Source: Terriglobia bacterium
GTDB taxonomy: Bacteria > Acidobacteriota > Terriglobia > JAIQFV01
DNA: 64,000 nt
Assembly (NCBI GenBank): GCA_020072965.1
Contig: JAIQFY010000006.1
Location: forward strand, 1 to 64,000
Reading direction: 5' to 3'
In this document: positions 48,921 through 58,275 of the stretch, in pieces
Layout of the letters: each line of letters starts with the position of its first letter
Position numbering within the stretch: the first letter of the stretch is position 1
Notes under the pieces: generated by a model
Told to the model about the DNA's origin: nothing
Databases searched by the model: none
Seen by the model: the letters and a program-made list of their open reading frames with translations, nothing else
Made by a program: the position numbers and the translations under genes

Positions 48921-50927
48921 ATGCTAAAGAGGATCATTGCAGCTGCGTTACTTCTGGTCGCCTCACCGCACTACACACAGACGTTTCGCCCGGAAATTCG
49001 TGGGTCCCATGGAATCGTCGGGTCCGGTCGATACTATTCCGTGGCGGCAGGAATCCGGATGCTCGAACTCGGAGGCAATGCCATTGATGCGGGAGTGGCG
49101 ACGGTGTTTGCCTCTTCGGTGGTCGAGGTGTCCCACTTCGGCTTTGGGGGGGAAGTTCCCCTCATGATTTATGACGCGCGGTCGAAGAAAGTCATCGTGA
49201 TTAACGGGCAGGGAACAGCGCCTCGGGACCTGAAACCGGAGTTCTTCAGGAAGATGACGGATGATGAAAAGAAGGCCGCCCATTTCAAGAACAGCGCCGG
49301 TGTGGAGCTTCCACTGGCCGACATCGGGCAGGGAAAGATCCCTGGCAACGGGCCACTCGCCGCCACCCTGCCCGCCGTAATGGATTCCCTCGCACTCGCC
49401 CTGGAAAACTACGGCACCATGTCGCTCGAACAGGTGATGCAGCCGGCCATCGAACTGGCCGACGGATTTCCTTTTGTCGAGGGGTTGGAACACTACTGGG
49501 AACAAAACCGAAAATTCTGCGAAAAGTACCCGGATACGATGGCCGCCTATTTTCCGGGCGGGAAAACGCCGGAGGTGGGGGAAACGTTCCGTCAGCCTAA
49601 CCTGGCAAAGACCTTCCGGGCGCTGGTGGCCGCTGAACGCGCGGAGTTTCGCCGCTCGCACGACCGCCGCAAAGCCATTGAAGCGGGGCGCGATACGTTT
49701 TACAAGGGGGACATTGCGCGCCGCATTGCGGACGCTGATTTGAGGGCCGGCGGGGTCATCACGTTCGAAGATCTTGCGCAGTACCATGGGAAGATCGGGG
49801 AGCCCACGACGACCACTTATCGCGGATACCAAATCTACAAGGCGGGTTTTTGGGATCAGGGGCCGGTCCTGTTGATGGCCTTGAACATTTTAGAAGGGTT
49901 CGACCTAGCGGATATGGGGCTTGACTCCACCGAGTTTATCCATACCGTGACCGAGGCCATCAAACTGGCCTACGACGACCGCAACGCCTATTTCGGTGAT
50001 CCCGACTTTGTGAAGGTTCCTGCGAAAGGCCTACTATCGAAAGAGTATGCCACCACTCGCCGCGCGCTCATCAATTCGCACAAGGCCGCACTCGACCACC
50101 GCCCCGGCGACCCCTGGAAGTATGAGGGAGTTTTGGAGGGTGGAGCCGCCGCGGCGGAGTCAGCCCGCGTTGCCGATGCCAAATCGGGCCGACCGGTTCA
50201 TTTCCCCCACGTCCAGGGTGATCCCGCGGTCGGTTTTGTTTCCGGTGACACGACCTGTGTGAATGCCGTTGACAAGGACGGGAACCTGTTTTCAGCCTCT
50301 CCCTCTTCAGGCTGGATTCTGGGGGGTGCATTCATCGCCGGCGACACCGGGGTGCCGCTTTCCAATCGTGCCCAGGTTTTTTCGTTGGACGAGAAATCCC
50401 CGAATTATCTGGTTGGAGGAAAGCATCCACGGACCACCCTGACGCCGACCATCGTGTTGGTCCCTGAATCAAGTCCGCCCCCGAATTCTGAGCAGCAGGC
50501 GGCACGGGATGGCAATACAAATTCCACGGGCCCCTCGGGAGAGACCCCGTCTGCAAGGAAGTTGAAGCCATACCTTGCGCTCTCGACCCCCGGCGGGGAT
50601 AGCCAGGATCAACAGGTGCTGAATGTCCTGCTTAATCTGATCGATTTCAAAATGCCCATTCAGCAAGCCATCGAAGCACCCAGGCTGAACACAGATCATC
50701 CCTTCAGTTCGTTTGATAATCATCAGGACAAGCCGGGCGATCTGAGCCTGGAAAGCCGGATCGCCCCGGGCGTCATCGACGCCCTCCGGGCCAAGGGCCA
50801 CCAGGTGACCGTCCTGGGACCGTATGGCATGTACACGGGCATGACGGCCGTGGGGGTGGATCCAAAATTCGGGACTTTGTTCGGAGGAGCCGATGTGCGG
50901 CGCGAGCGTTACCTCATGGGGTGGTAG
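48921..50927 (+). CDS. ggt: Gamma-glutamyltransferase family protein (secreted), with a ~40-aa low-complexity insertion
   Basis: Signal peptide, GGT small/large-subunit conservation, autoprocessing-site region GDTTCVNAVD, and the inserted SSPPPNSEQQAARDGNTNSTGPSGETPS. Confidence 0.85.
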   Translation: MLKRIIAAALLLVASPHYTQTFRPEIRGSHGIVGSGRYYSVAAGIRMLELGGNAIDAGVATVFASSVVEVSHFGFGGEVPLMIYDARSKKVIVINGQGTAPRDLKPEFFRKMTDDEKKAAHFKNSAGVELPLADIGQGKIPGNGPLAATLPAVMDSLALALENYGTMSLEQVMQPAIELADGFPFVEGLEHYWEQNRKFCEKYPDTMAAYFPGGKTPEVGETFRQPNLAKTFRALVAAERAEFRRSHDRRKAIEAGRDTFYKGDIARRIADADLRAGGVITFEDLAQYHGKIGEPTTTTYRGYQIYKAGFWDQGPVLLMALNILEGFDLADMGLDSTEFIHTVTEAIKLAYDDRNAYFGDPDFVKVPAKGLLSKEYATTRRALINSHKAALDHRPGDPWKYEGVLEGGAAAAESARVADAKSGRPVHFPHVQGDPAVGFVSGDTTCVNAVDKDGNLFSASPSSGWILGGAFIAGDTGVPLSNRAQVFSLDEKSPNYLVGGKHPRTTLTPTIVLVPESSPPPNSEQQAARDGNTNSTGPSGETPSARKLKPYLALSTPGGDSQDQQVLNVLLNLIDFKMPIQQAIEAPRLNTDHPFSSFDNHQDKPGDLSLESRIAPGVIDALRAKGHQVTVLGPYGMYTGMTAVGVDPKFGTLFGGADVRRERYLMGW

Positions 50928-51070
50928 AGGACCGATCCTCCCAGGTCGTGGGTTCCGGTCGATCTCATTAATTCATGTGGGGATTGTGAGGGCGACTTCG
51001 GGATAAGCGCTTCACCGTAATTGGATCAATACCCAGGCAGGAAAATAGGCATCTAAAGGAGCAGAGTGGG

Positions 51071-51532
51071 ATGGTTCAAACGTTGTTGTGGGTTCACGTT
51101 CTCGGCGCGGCCCTTGTCTTGGGCGGTGTTGTGGCGGGATGGGTTTGCATGAACCAGGCGGCGATTGTGGGAGATGCGAAGGTAACCCTGTTTGCGTTGA
51201 AGGCGATGCGCCGTTTGAACACATGGACGCTGCACTTGGGGTCCGCCCTGGTTTTGATGAGTGGATTCTGGATGGCACTCGCAGGGCCAGTCCCTCTGAA
51301 GCTCAGTGCCAATCCATGGTTGTTGTATTCGGTCATTCTATATTTTGTGATTCTGTTCCTGGTGACAGGGGCGCAATCACCCATTAGCAAAAAAGTAATG
51401 GCATTGGCAGAAAAGGATGGGCCTGATTTTGGGGTGATTTTCTCAAGAATTGTTGGTCACTGGAAAATGCTTTCAGGAATCAACGTCTTCCTGCTGGCAG
51501 TGATTCTATTTCTCATGGTGTTTAAGCCTTAG
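51071..51532 (+). CDS. DUF2269-like small integral membrane protein (4 TM)
   Basis: Four hydrophobic helices; AGGAG upstream of the ATG. Confidence 0.55.
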   Translation: MVQTLLWVHVLGAALVLGGVVAGWVCMNQAAIVGDAKVTLFALKAMRRLNTWTLHLGSALVLMSGFWMALAGPVPLKLSANPWLLYSVILYFVILFLVTGAQSPISKKVMALAEKDGPDFGVIFSRIVGHWKMLSGINVFLLAVILFLMVFKP

Positions 51533-51553
51533 GAGCGAGCGTCATTTTTGAGT

Positions 51554-51574
51554 GGGGCAGACGTCCCGTCTGCC
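51554..51574. repeat. REP-like palindrome family 3, copy 1 of 3 (GGGGCAGACG-TCC-CGTCTGCC)
   Basis: 9-bp inverted repeat. It is followed by TGCTTATT and could double as the terminator of the DUF2269 gene. Confidence 0.55.
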
Positions 51575-51595
51575 TGCTTATTCCAAGCTACACAA

Positions 51596-51617
51596 GGACA
51601 GACGAGATGTCTGCCTC
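51596..51617. repeat. REP-like palindrome family 3, copy 2 (GGACAGACG-AGAT-GTCTGCC)
   Basis: Degenerate unit, 21 nt after copy 1. Confidence 0.5.
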
Positions 51618-51634
51618 CCCTTCTGGTTTGAACA

Positions 51635-51656
51635 GGGCAGACGAGACGTCTGCCCC
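51635..51656. repeat. REP-like palindrome family 3, copy 3 (GGGCAGACG-AGA-CGTCTGCCCC)
   Basis: Near-identical to the 11534-11556 copy. It lies 18-30 nt upstream of the AsmA-like gene start. Confidence 0.55.
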
Positions 51657-51673
51657 ACCACGGCGCTCAGCGA

Positions 51674-54600
51674 TTGAGATGGAAGATGGCCGAAACAGAA
51701 CAGAAAAAGACGGTATCCAGTGCTAAAGCGAAAGCCGTGGATTTCTGGCATCATCGCTCGAGGGCGACACGCCTGGAGCTTTTGCTGCTGGTGGTGGTGT
51801 TTCTGTTCTTTGAATTCATCGTCCCGACGATTCTCGGTAGCCAGTATTCCAAGCGTTTCTTCGAAAAACATCTCAGCGACGCGCTTCGGTATCCCGTGAC
51901 CTTCGATCGCATTAATACGAACCTCTTCGGCCGCCCGGCGTTGTGGGTGGGAGGTATGAACATTCAGGATCACGAGGGACATCCTTTCTTCAGGGGCGAC
52001 GAGGTGAAAATGGAGTTGAGCCCCTGGGCGCTCCTTCGCGGTCATATTGTGCTGAATCTCATCCGGCTGGTGGACGGCGACTTTCTGGCCGCCCGCCTCC
52101 CCGATGGGCGATGGAATATCGCCGACCTCGTGTCAGCGGGAAACGATCCCGATCGAGCCATCGATCTCGAAAAGACCGCCGTTGAGATGAGGAACATGGT
52201 CGCTACCATCCAGGACCAAGCCTTGCCCCTCCCCCTGGTACAACATATCCGCCTGCGAGATTTTTCCATCTCCACCCTGGACATTCGACGCAAGACGCGC
52301 TTGCAGATAGACGCCATCGATGACGACCATCCCGAATCCAGTCTCGAGGTCAAGGGCAATTTTGCTGTGTTCGTCCCGGACGACCTCAGCACACTCAGTG
52401 GAAATCTCGATCTGACCCTGAAACATTTCAACCTCCAGATTTTGAATTCCTATTTGGGGTCAACCAAGTCTCAGGTGAAGGGGTTCGAGGGCTTCTATGA
52501 TATTCAATTAAAGATGGAAGGGCAGGGATCTTCTCCCATCTCCATCATTCTGCGCTCAAAAGCCGACCAGTTGAGAGTGGCCATCGACGCAACCTCATCC
52601 GGAGCCTCCGGTTCCGCAGGGTCCACTCATCCCAGTCCAGAGGCCTTGAACCGCGGCAGAAAATGGATCGACTTCAAAACCGCTTCACTGGAGGGCCTGG
52701 TGGGCCTGTCCACCGATGAAATTCGGTTCACTAAACTCAATGGAGAGCTGGCGTCCACTCATTTCGAGATGGACGGCCGAGTTTACAACCTGCACACCAG
52801 GATGCCTCGTTTGGAGACCTCCGTTTCAACGAGTGAGTTCGAAATCGCTGATCCCCTTCGATCGCTGATTGATGCGGAACTGGATGAGTTCGGAAGACGG
52901 ATTTTCGCGGGACTGACCGGGACCGCTCGGGCACAACTGATTTGGACCGGAAGGCTCGATGACCCGACATTCGACTGGCGGGCTGAACTGAAGAAAAGTC
53001 AATATCGAAATGATCAGTATGAATTCCAACTGAAGGACATTGTTTCCGTGATGCGGTCCAACGGCAAGAAGACTCAGATCGACTCCCTGGGAGCCCAATT
53101 CTTCAACTCCCCTTTGCAAGTCTCCGGCTGGGTCGATGAGAAGGACCGGGTGAATATGAAGCTTTCTCTCCCGGCGGTCCCACTCGGTCAGATTTATCCA
53201 TTCATGAAACGGCTTCGGAGCCAGGGTTACTTGGCTTCCATGCCATGGTTGGATCGGGTCCCCAGCGTAAGTGGTCGAGGCCACGCGGAGTTACTCGTAA
53301 CCGGAGACCTGGATCACCCGGAGGCGGCTGGAACCCTGTCCATAGCCGGGACACGGATCCAGCTCGCAGGACTCTCTTTCCCGATCGAGAACGTGGAGGG
53401 TCGGGTAGTGCTGAAGGACAGGGTCGTTTGCGCGCATCAGTTTTATCACAGGGCCGTTTGCGCGGACCCGATTTCCGGATCTTTGGGGGATTCTCCCTTC
53501 GAGCTGGAGGCGGTACTGGATCCGAAGGAGTTCTCGCTGTTGGCCTTGCACTTCAGGTCTCCGTCTATGAATTTGCACCGATATGATGAACTAACGTCCT
53601 CGCGCTGGATCGATCGGGTGGATTTGCCAATAGTCGGGCAGATCAAGGGAGCCGACGGGGTCGCCGACATTCAGCTGGACTATCCTTCAGGCGGTGTGCG
53701 CCGTGCCGCTCCGATCTCCAGACCGGTCGCCCAAGTTTCGGGCCTGGATGGCGAAGCAGACGGCGAGGACGATCCGGTCCTTCTGAATGAATCCGGGAGA
53801 CTTCCGGAGTTTTCCCTGCAAATGCGTAATCTGCGAAATGGCGGCGCCGTGCTGTCCAACGTGGCGCTGCCACTCAAGGGCTTTTCCGGCGGGCTCATCT
53901 ACAGCGGCGATAGGCTGAGGTTTCGTCATTTGGAAGGGTCCTTGGGGGACTCTTCGTTGTCGCTGGATGGAGGGATCGAACAGCTGAATGAATTGGGGGA
54001 ACGATGGGATCTCAAAGCACAAATGAGCGCCGCGTTTCCGCAGATGTCCTTATTGCTCCCGGCGGCATGGAAAAACCAGATTACCGCGGAAGGGCAGTTC
54101 CCCGTCACCATTTCATTCCTAGGCGAAAGGAACGATCAGCTCGAGGTTCGCGCCGAGGTCAATTTTCCAGAATCAGCCCAACTGAGACTTGCCCGTTCGT
54201 TCGAAAAGCCCGTGGGCACCTCAAGCCACCTTTCTCTTGACGGCGTATGGAAAAACCAAGCCTTTGACATCAATGAAGGAAATCTCACGCTGGGCGAACT
54301 TCCCTTGGCGGTCCATGGCACGCTGGATTTTTCGGAGACTCTTGGGGTGGAGATGGCCCTGACCGCCGCGATGGACCAGTTCGCTCCCGTGACGACGCTC
54401 CTGAAGTTCGTCAAGCTCCCGGCAACCTCCCTGAGTGTTCGTGGCGGATCGGCTTCCGGCTCCGTAACGCTCTCGGGGAACCCGAGTGATCCCGAGGTGA
54501 GTTCGACCTTGAGACTTGCAGACGTATCGGTAGACGGGATGCCCTGGGGACCAACGAGTCTGACGGGAGATCTGACCGTCGGAACCGGGGGCGTTTCCGC

Positions 54601-55621
54601 CAGGGATTTTCTGGCCATTGTGAATAAACTCCCCATGCGCGTGACAGGCACTCTGAATCTAAATGGACCACAGCCCGCTCTGAGCGCTGAGGTGGACAAC
54701 CTGAATCTCGATGCCCTGGTGACAACTCTGGCCCGCATGTCACCGGGGGCAGAGGCGCCTCCCTCCGGGGCCGCCGGCAAAATGATGACCATCGATGTAA
54801 GAGCTTCGAGCGGAGTGTTTTTTCATCAGCCCATCAAGAAATTCGTGGCGCATGGAACCTGGGACGCCGCAGTGATTCAGCTGGACCCGATGGAGGTGAC
54901 CGCGGGCGGCAGCACGAGCAACGCCGCTATCACTTGGAAATCGCGAACGAATGAGGAGCATTTGAAGTTTGAATCCCGCGATGTGCCCATGGGAGCGTTC
55001 CTCGACGAGATACTTGATATCCAGATCCCCGTGGAAGGAAAACTCACGGTCCAGGGAGACTTGACGTCTCGTAACACCGATCCCCAGAATCTATTGGCGT
55101 CCCTGGTGGGCAATGCGCATTTTGATGCCTCTCAAGGGACCCTGCACTATGCCGGTTTGCCCCAGCGCCTTTTGTCGATGGCAACCCTCGTGCATGAGGG
55201 GTTGTTCGGTTTTAACCTGGGGCGCATTTTTCAAACCATCGATCCTCCCCAGTTCAAGCAGTTCAAATCCTGGTCCGCTGATGTGACCTTTTCTCCGGAC
55301 GGTTCTGCACGACTGGAGCGAAGTGATTTCAAATCGGAGTTGTTCGACCTGACCGCCACCGGGACCGTTAATACCAAAACAGAGGATATGGTCATCAACG
55401 TCAAAGGATCTTTGCCTGAAATCCCTCATAGCTCGAATTTCCTCGCCCAAATCTTCGGGCAGATCTCCATACGCGGTATATACCGGAATGTCGCTGATTT
55501 TACACTCTTGATTACGGGCCAGCGCAAGAAGATCAAGCCGCGCCGCTATAACTTTGAATTTAAGTTGACGGGGAATCTCGAGGGGATTAAGTCGATTGAA
55601 GATTTTCGTTTTGTCAAATGA
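51674..55621 (+). CDS. AsmA/TamB-like giant envelope protein (N-terminal TM anchor + extended beta-rich region; outer-membrane biogenesis / lipid transport family)
   Basis: 1315 aa with an N-terminal anchor LELLLLVVVFLFFEFIVPTILG and AsmA-N-like RYPVTFDRINTNLFGRPALWVGGMNIQ. Long repetitive beta-rich body and a conserved C-terminal segment. The start is probably ATG 51686. Confidence 0.7.
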   Translation: MRWKMAETEQKKTVSSAKAKAVDFWHHRSRATRLELLLLVVVFLFFEFIVPTILGSQYSKRFFEKHLSDALRYPVTFDRINTNLFGRPALWVGGMNIQDHEGHPFFRGDEVKMELSPWALLRGHIVLNLIRLVDGDFLAARLPDGRWNIADLVSAGNDPDRAIDLEKTAVEMRNMVATIQDQALPLPLVQHIRLRDFSISTLDIRRKTRLQIDAIDDDHPESSLEVKGNFAVFVPDDLSTLSGNLDLTLKHFNLQILNSYLGSTKSQVKGFEGFYDIQLKMEGQGSSPISIILRSKADQLRVAIDATSSGASGSAGSTHPSPEALNRGRKWIDFKTASLEGLVGLSTDEIRFTKLNGELASTHFEMDGRVYNLHTRMPRLETSVSTSEFEIADPLRSLIDAELDEFGRRIFAGLTGTARAQLIWTGRLDDPTFDWRAELKKSQYRNDQYEFQLKDIVSVMRSNGKKTQIDSLGAQFFNSPLQVSGWVDEKDRVNMKLSLPAVPLGQIYPFMKRLRSQGYLASMPWLDRVPSVSGRGHAELLVTGDLDHPEAAGTLSIAGTRIQLAGLSFPIENVEGRVVLKDRVVCAHQFYHRAVCADPISGSLGDSPFELEAVLDPKEFSLLALHFRSPSMNLHRYDELTSSRWIDRVDLPIVGQIKGADGVADIQLDYPSGGVRRAAPISRPVAQVSGLDGEADGEDDPVLLNESGRLPEFSLQMRNLRNGGAVLSNVALPLKGFSGGLIYSGDRLRFRHLEGSLGDSSLSLDGGIEQLNELGERWDLKAQMSAAFPQMSLLLPAAWKNQITAEGQFPVTISFLGERNDQLEVRAEVNFPESAQLRLARSFEKPVGTSSHLSLDGVWKNQAFDINEGNLTLGELPLAVHGTLDFSETLGVEMALTAAMDQFAPVTTLLKFVKLPATSLSVRGGSASGSVTLSGNPSDPEVSSTLRLADVSVDGMPWGPTSLTGDLTVGTGGVSARDFLAIVNKLPMRVTGTLNLNGPQPALSAEVDNLNLDALVTTLARMSPGAEAPPSGAAGKMMTIDVRASSGVFFHQPIKKFVAHGTWDAAVIQLDPMEVTAGGSTSNAAITWKSRTNEEHLKFESRDVPMGAFLDEILDIQIPVEGKLTVQGDLTSRNTDPQNLLASLVGNAHFDASQGTLHYAGLPQRLLSMATLVHEGLFGFNLGRIFQTIDPPQFKQFKSWSADVTFSPDGSARLERSDFKSELFDLTATGTVNTKTEDMVINVKGSLPEIPHSSNFLAQIFGQISIRGIYRNVADFTLLITGQRKKIKPRRYNFEFKLTGNLEGIKSIEDFRFVK

Positions 55622-55705
55622 GCGATCTGAAACGAAGCAGGGAGATTTGGGATGTCACAAAGCCAAGGCGTGATTTGACATCCAAGTTAGAAGCAGGAGG
55701 AGAGC

Positions 55706-56005
55706 ATGAAACGATTCAGGCAAGGAAGTTGGCAGAAGGGTTGTACGCTGGTCATATTTGCAGCGGTTCTGTTGAGCACCGTGTACTACTTCGCGGCCAG
55801 CGAGGATGATTTGGCGAGGCTGAAGCCCGGAATGACCAAAGATGCTGTCATCGAGACCATGGGGAAGCCGGATTCCAGGGGCGAGAAGAAAGGAGAGGAT
55901 CCTTGTGGCTGGTTCATCTACAAGAATGTCGGGCACTACAAGTATGTTCAGATCTGGTTTGATTGCCAGGACAAACTGGTGGGCATCGACAAGGCGTCGA
56001 AATAA
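55706..56005 (+). CDS. BamE/SmpA-OmlA-like small outer-membrane lipoprotein
   Basis: AGGAGG SD 5 nt upstream. Signal or lipobox-like N-terminus. LKPGMTKDAVIETMGKPD is the SmpA/OmlA fold signature. Confidence 0.6.
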   Translation: MKRFRQGSWQKGCTLVIFAAVLLSTVYYFAASEDDLARLKPGMTKDAVIETMGKPDSRGEKKGEDPCGWFIYKNVGHYKYVQIWFDCQDKLVGIDKASK

Positions 56006-56007
56006 GG

Positions 56008-56414
56008 CCAGTTCTCAGTTGTCAGTTCTCAGTTGCCAGTGAAGACAACCGGAAGCCAGAGGCCGGATGCAGGAGGCCGGAGGTCAGAAGTCAGAAAAGC
56101 AGTTGCCAGTTGCCGGTTCTCAGTTCTCCGAGAAGAGCAGGGAAGACTGGAAGCAATATACCGGGGGTCACCTTTTGCAATTCATAATGAAGGGCGCTAT
56201 GAATTGTGGATCCTCAGACTTTGAACTTTGAACCTTAAACTTTGAACTGGGTCTTAGGCTTTGGACTTGCCTTTTTGAACTTGGAACTTTGAACTGGTTC
56301 TTTTGGACCTTGGACTTGGGACGTTGGACTTGCCTTTTTGAACTTGGAACTTCGAACTGGTTCTTTTGGACCTTGGACTTGGGACGTTGGACTTGCCTTT
56401 TTGAACTTGGAACT
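56008..56414. repeat. Low-complexity, short-tandem-repeat-rich element B (CAGTTCTCAGTTGCCAG blocks, GGCCGGAGGTCAGAAGTC blocks, ACTTTGAAC blocks, and 2.4 tandem copies of a 63-nt unit at 56261-56414); inverted relative of element A
   Basis: Unit TTGGACTTGCCTTTTTGAACTTGGAACTTYGAACTGGTTCTTTTGGACCTTGGACTTGGGACG repeated. The block order mirrors the reverse complement of 46705-46930. Confidence 0.6.
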
Positions 56415-56431
56415 AAATCGGGTTGCTTTCC

Positions 56432-57955
56432 ATGCGAAGAATGATCGTGGCAGGAGGCGGGCTCGCGGGATGCGAGGCTGCCTGGCAAATTGCCACACAG
56501 CTGGACGTGCGTGGCGCCGCATTGGCTGCGGAGGTGGAGTTGTGGGAAATGCGCCCCCGCGTTAGAACTCCCGCGCATCGAACTGATCGGCTGGGGGAGT
56601 TGGTGTGCAGCAATTCCCTCAAGAGCGATGCCGAGTTCTCTGCACCGTGGCTGCTGAAGGAAGAATTGCGGCAGCTGAATTCGCTGTTGATTGCGGTGGC
56701 CGAGGAGACTCGTGTCCCGAGCGGCCATGCGCTGTCGGTGGACCGCGATAAATTTTCGGCCCTTCTGACGGAGCGAATCTCAAATCATCCGCGGATCCGC
56801 ATTCGGCGCGATGAGTTCGTCGAGCTGCCTGAGGATGAGGATTCGATTGTGATTGTGGCCACCGGGCCTCTCACATCGGAGGCCCTCTCCGAAAATATTC
56901 GACAGGTGACGGGTCAGGACCATCTCTATTTCTTCGACGCCATCAGCCCGATTGTCGAGGCCGAAACCATTGACCTCTCGATCGCGTTTAAGGCCTCCCG
57001 TTACGGCAAGGGGGGAGATGATTATGTGAATTGTCCCATGTCCAAGGGAGAATACGACGCCTTCTATGATGCGCTCGTCGGGGCGCAGTGTGTTCCGACC
57101 CATGAGTTCGAAAGAGAAATCCTGACCGGCGTTTCCAGCCGGGAACTGGGCGGAGAAAAATTTCCTTTGAATCTGGCTGCCACAGAGGTTGAAGTGAAGG
57201 CGATGGCCACGACCTCGGCACTGTTGAGCGAGGCGGTAATAGAAGCGGAGGCATTGGCTGCTGAAAAAATGCTGTCCAGAGGGACTCCTTACTTTGAAGG
57301 GTGCCTGCCGATTGAAGAGTTGGCCCGGCGCGGGCGCGACACGCTGCGGTTTGGCCCCATGAAGCCGGTGGGGCTGGTGGACCCTCGAACCGGCCGCATG
57401 CCGTGGGCCTGCGTCCAGCTGCGCCAGGAGACCCTGATGGCCGACAGCTACAACCTCGTGGGCTTTCAAAACCACCTGCGCTTCCCCGAACAGGAACGTA
57501 TCTTCCGCATGATCCCCGGACTTGCCCAAGCGGAGTTCATCCGCTTCGGGCAGATGCACCGGAACACCTACCTGAACTCGCCCCGCCTCCTCGTCGAGAC
57601 GCTTCAAATGCGAACCCGGCCCAATGTTTTCTTTGCCGGCCAGCTGGTGGGGGTTGAAGGATACGTCGAGTCCATCATGACGGGTTTGGTCGCCGGACGG
57701 AACGCCGTGCGGTTGGCCCTTGGTCAAAATCCCAGCGCGCCTCCCTCCGGATCCGCATGCGGCGCATTGTTGCATTACATCACCCACGCCCCTCCTCACA
57801 ATTTCCAGCCCATGAACATCGTCTTCAGCCTCCTTCCCCCGGTTGAAATCCGGACGCCAAAGGGAGCAAAGATCCCGAAGGCCGAGCGCCACCAACACCA
57901 GTGCGAGATCGCGCTCCAAGAGTTCGAACAATGGAAGCAGAATCTGGAAAATTAA
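56432..57955 (+). CDS. trmFO: Methylenetetrahydrofolate--tRNA-(uracil54-C5)-methyltransferase TrmFO (Gid), with a ~60-aa insertion
   Basis: MRRMIVAGGGLAGCEAAWQ...EMRP...TPAHRTD..LGELVCSNSL...FFAGQLVGVEGYVES...NFQPMN, with near-collinear similarity to B. subtilis TrmFO. An extra segment (LTGVSSRELGGEKF...AAEKMLSRGTPY) sits between the EFEREI and FEGCLPIEE regions. Confidence 0.85.
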   Translation: MRRMIVAGGGLAGCEAAWQIATQLDVRGAALAAEVELWEMRPRVRTPAHRTDRLGELVCSNSLKSDAEFSAPWLLKEELRQLNSLLIAVAEETRVPSGHALSVDRDKFSALLTERISNHPRIRIRRDEFVELPEDEDSIVIVATGPLTSEALSENIRQVTGQDHLYFFDAISPIVEAETIDLSIAFKASRYGKGGDDYVNCPMSKGEYDAFYDALVGAQCVPTHEFEREILTGVSSRELGGEKFPLNLAATEVEVKAMATTSALLSEAVIEAEALAAEKMLSRGTPYFEGCLPIEELARRGRDTLRFGPMKPVGLVDPRTGRMPWACVQLRQETLMADSYNLVGFQNHLRFPEQERIFRMIPGLAQAEFIRFGQMHRNTYLNSPRLLVETLQMRTRPNVFFAGQLVGVEGYVESIMTGLVAGRNAVRLALGQNPSAPPSGSACGALLHYITHAPPHNFQPMNIVFSLLPPVEIRTPKGAKIPKAERHQHQCEIALQEFEQWKQNLEN

Positions 57956-58275
57956 TCGGAGGTCTTACAGAGGCCCGGAGGGCTCTCCGATCTTAGCCCC
58001 GTCCGAGACCCGCGCTTTTTCTTTATGCGGGGCGAGGGCGGAGTAAGGTTCGAAAATGATTTGAGCCCCAGAGGGGTGAAAGAACATGTTGGGGTCGTAT
58101 CTCCACTATCGAACCTGCAGCGAAACCAAAAAAAGAATCGGTGCTATCCGCCAAGCATTAATGAGTGGCTTGCACTTTTGGGGACAACGAAGACGTCTTT
58201 AAGCTGGGGGTAGTGATGGCCAAACTCCAGAAGGCAAATCCGAATGTGCGCATTCAAAATATCAGGAAGTGAATC

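Noticed and set aside
46705-56414. CRISPR array interpretation of the tandem-repeat-rich elements A and B
   Set aside because: The repeats are short (7-20 nt), degenerate and directly abutting, with no regular ~30-nt unique spacers. No cas genes are present.
56168-56728. Minus-strand ORFs 56168..56728 and 56235..56522 with repetitive KFKKASPTSQVQGPKEP translation
   Set aside because: They are translation artifacts of the 63-nt tandem DNA repeat in element B. They overlap the trmFO start on the opposite strand.
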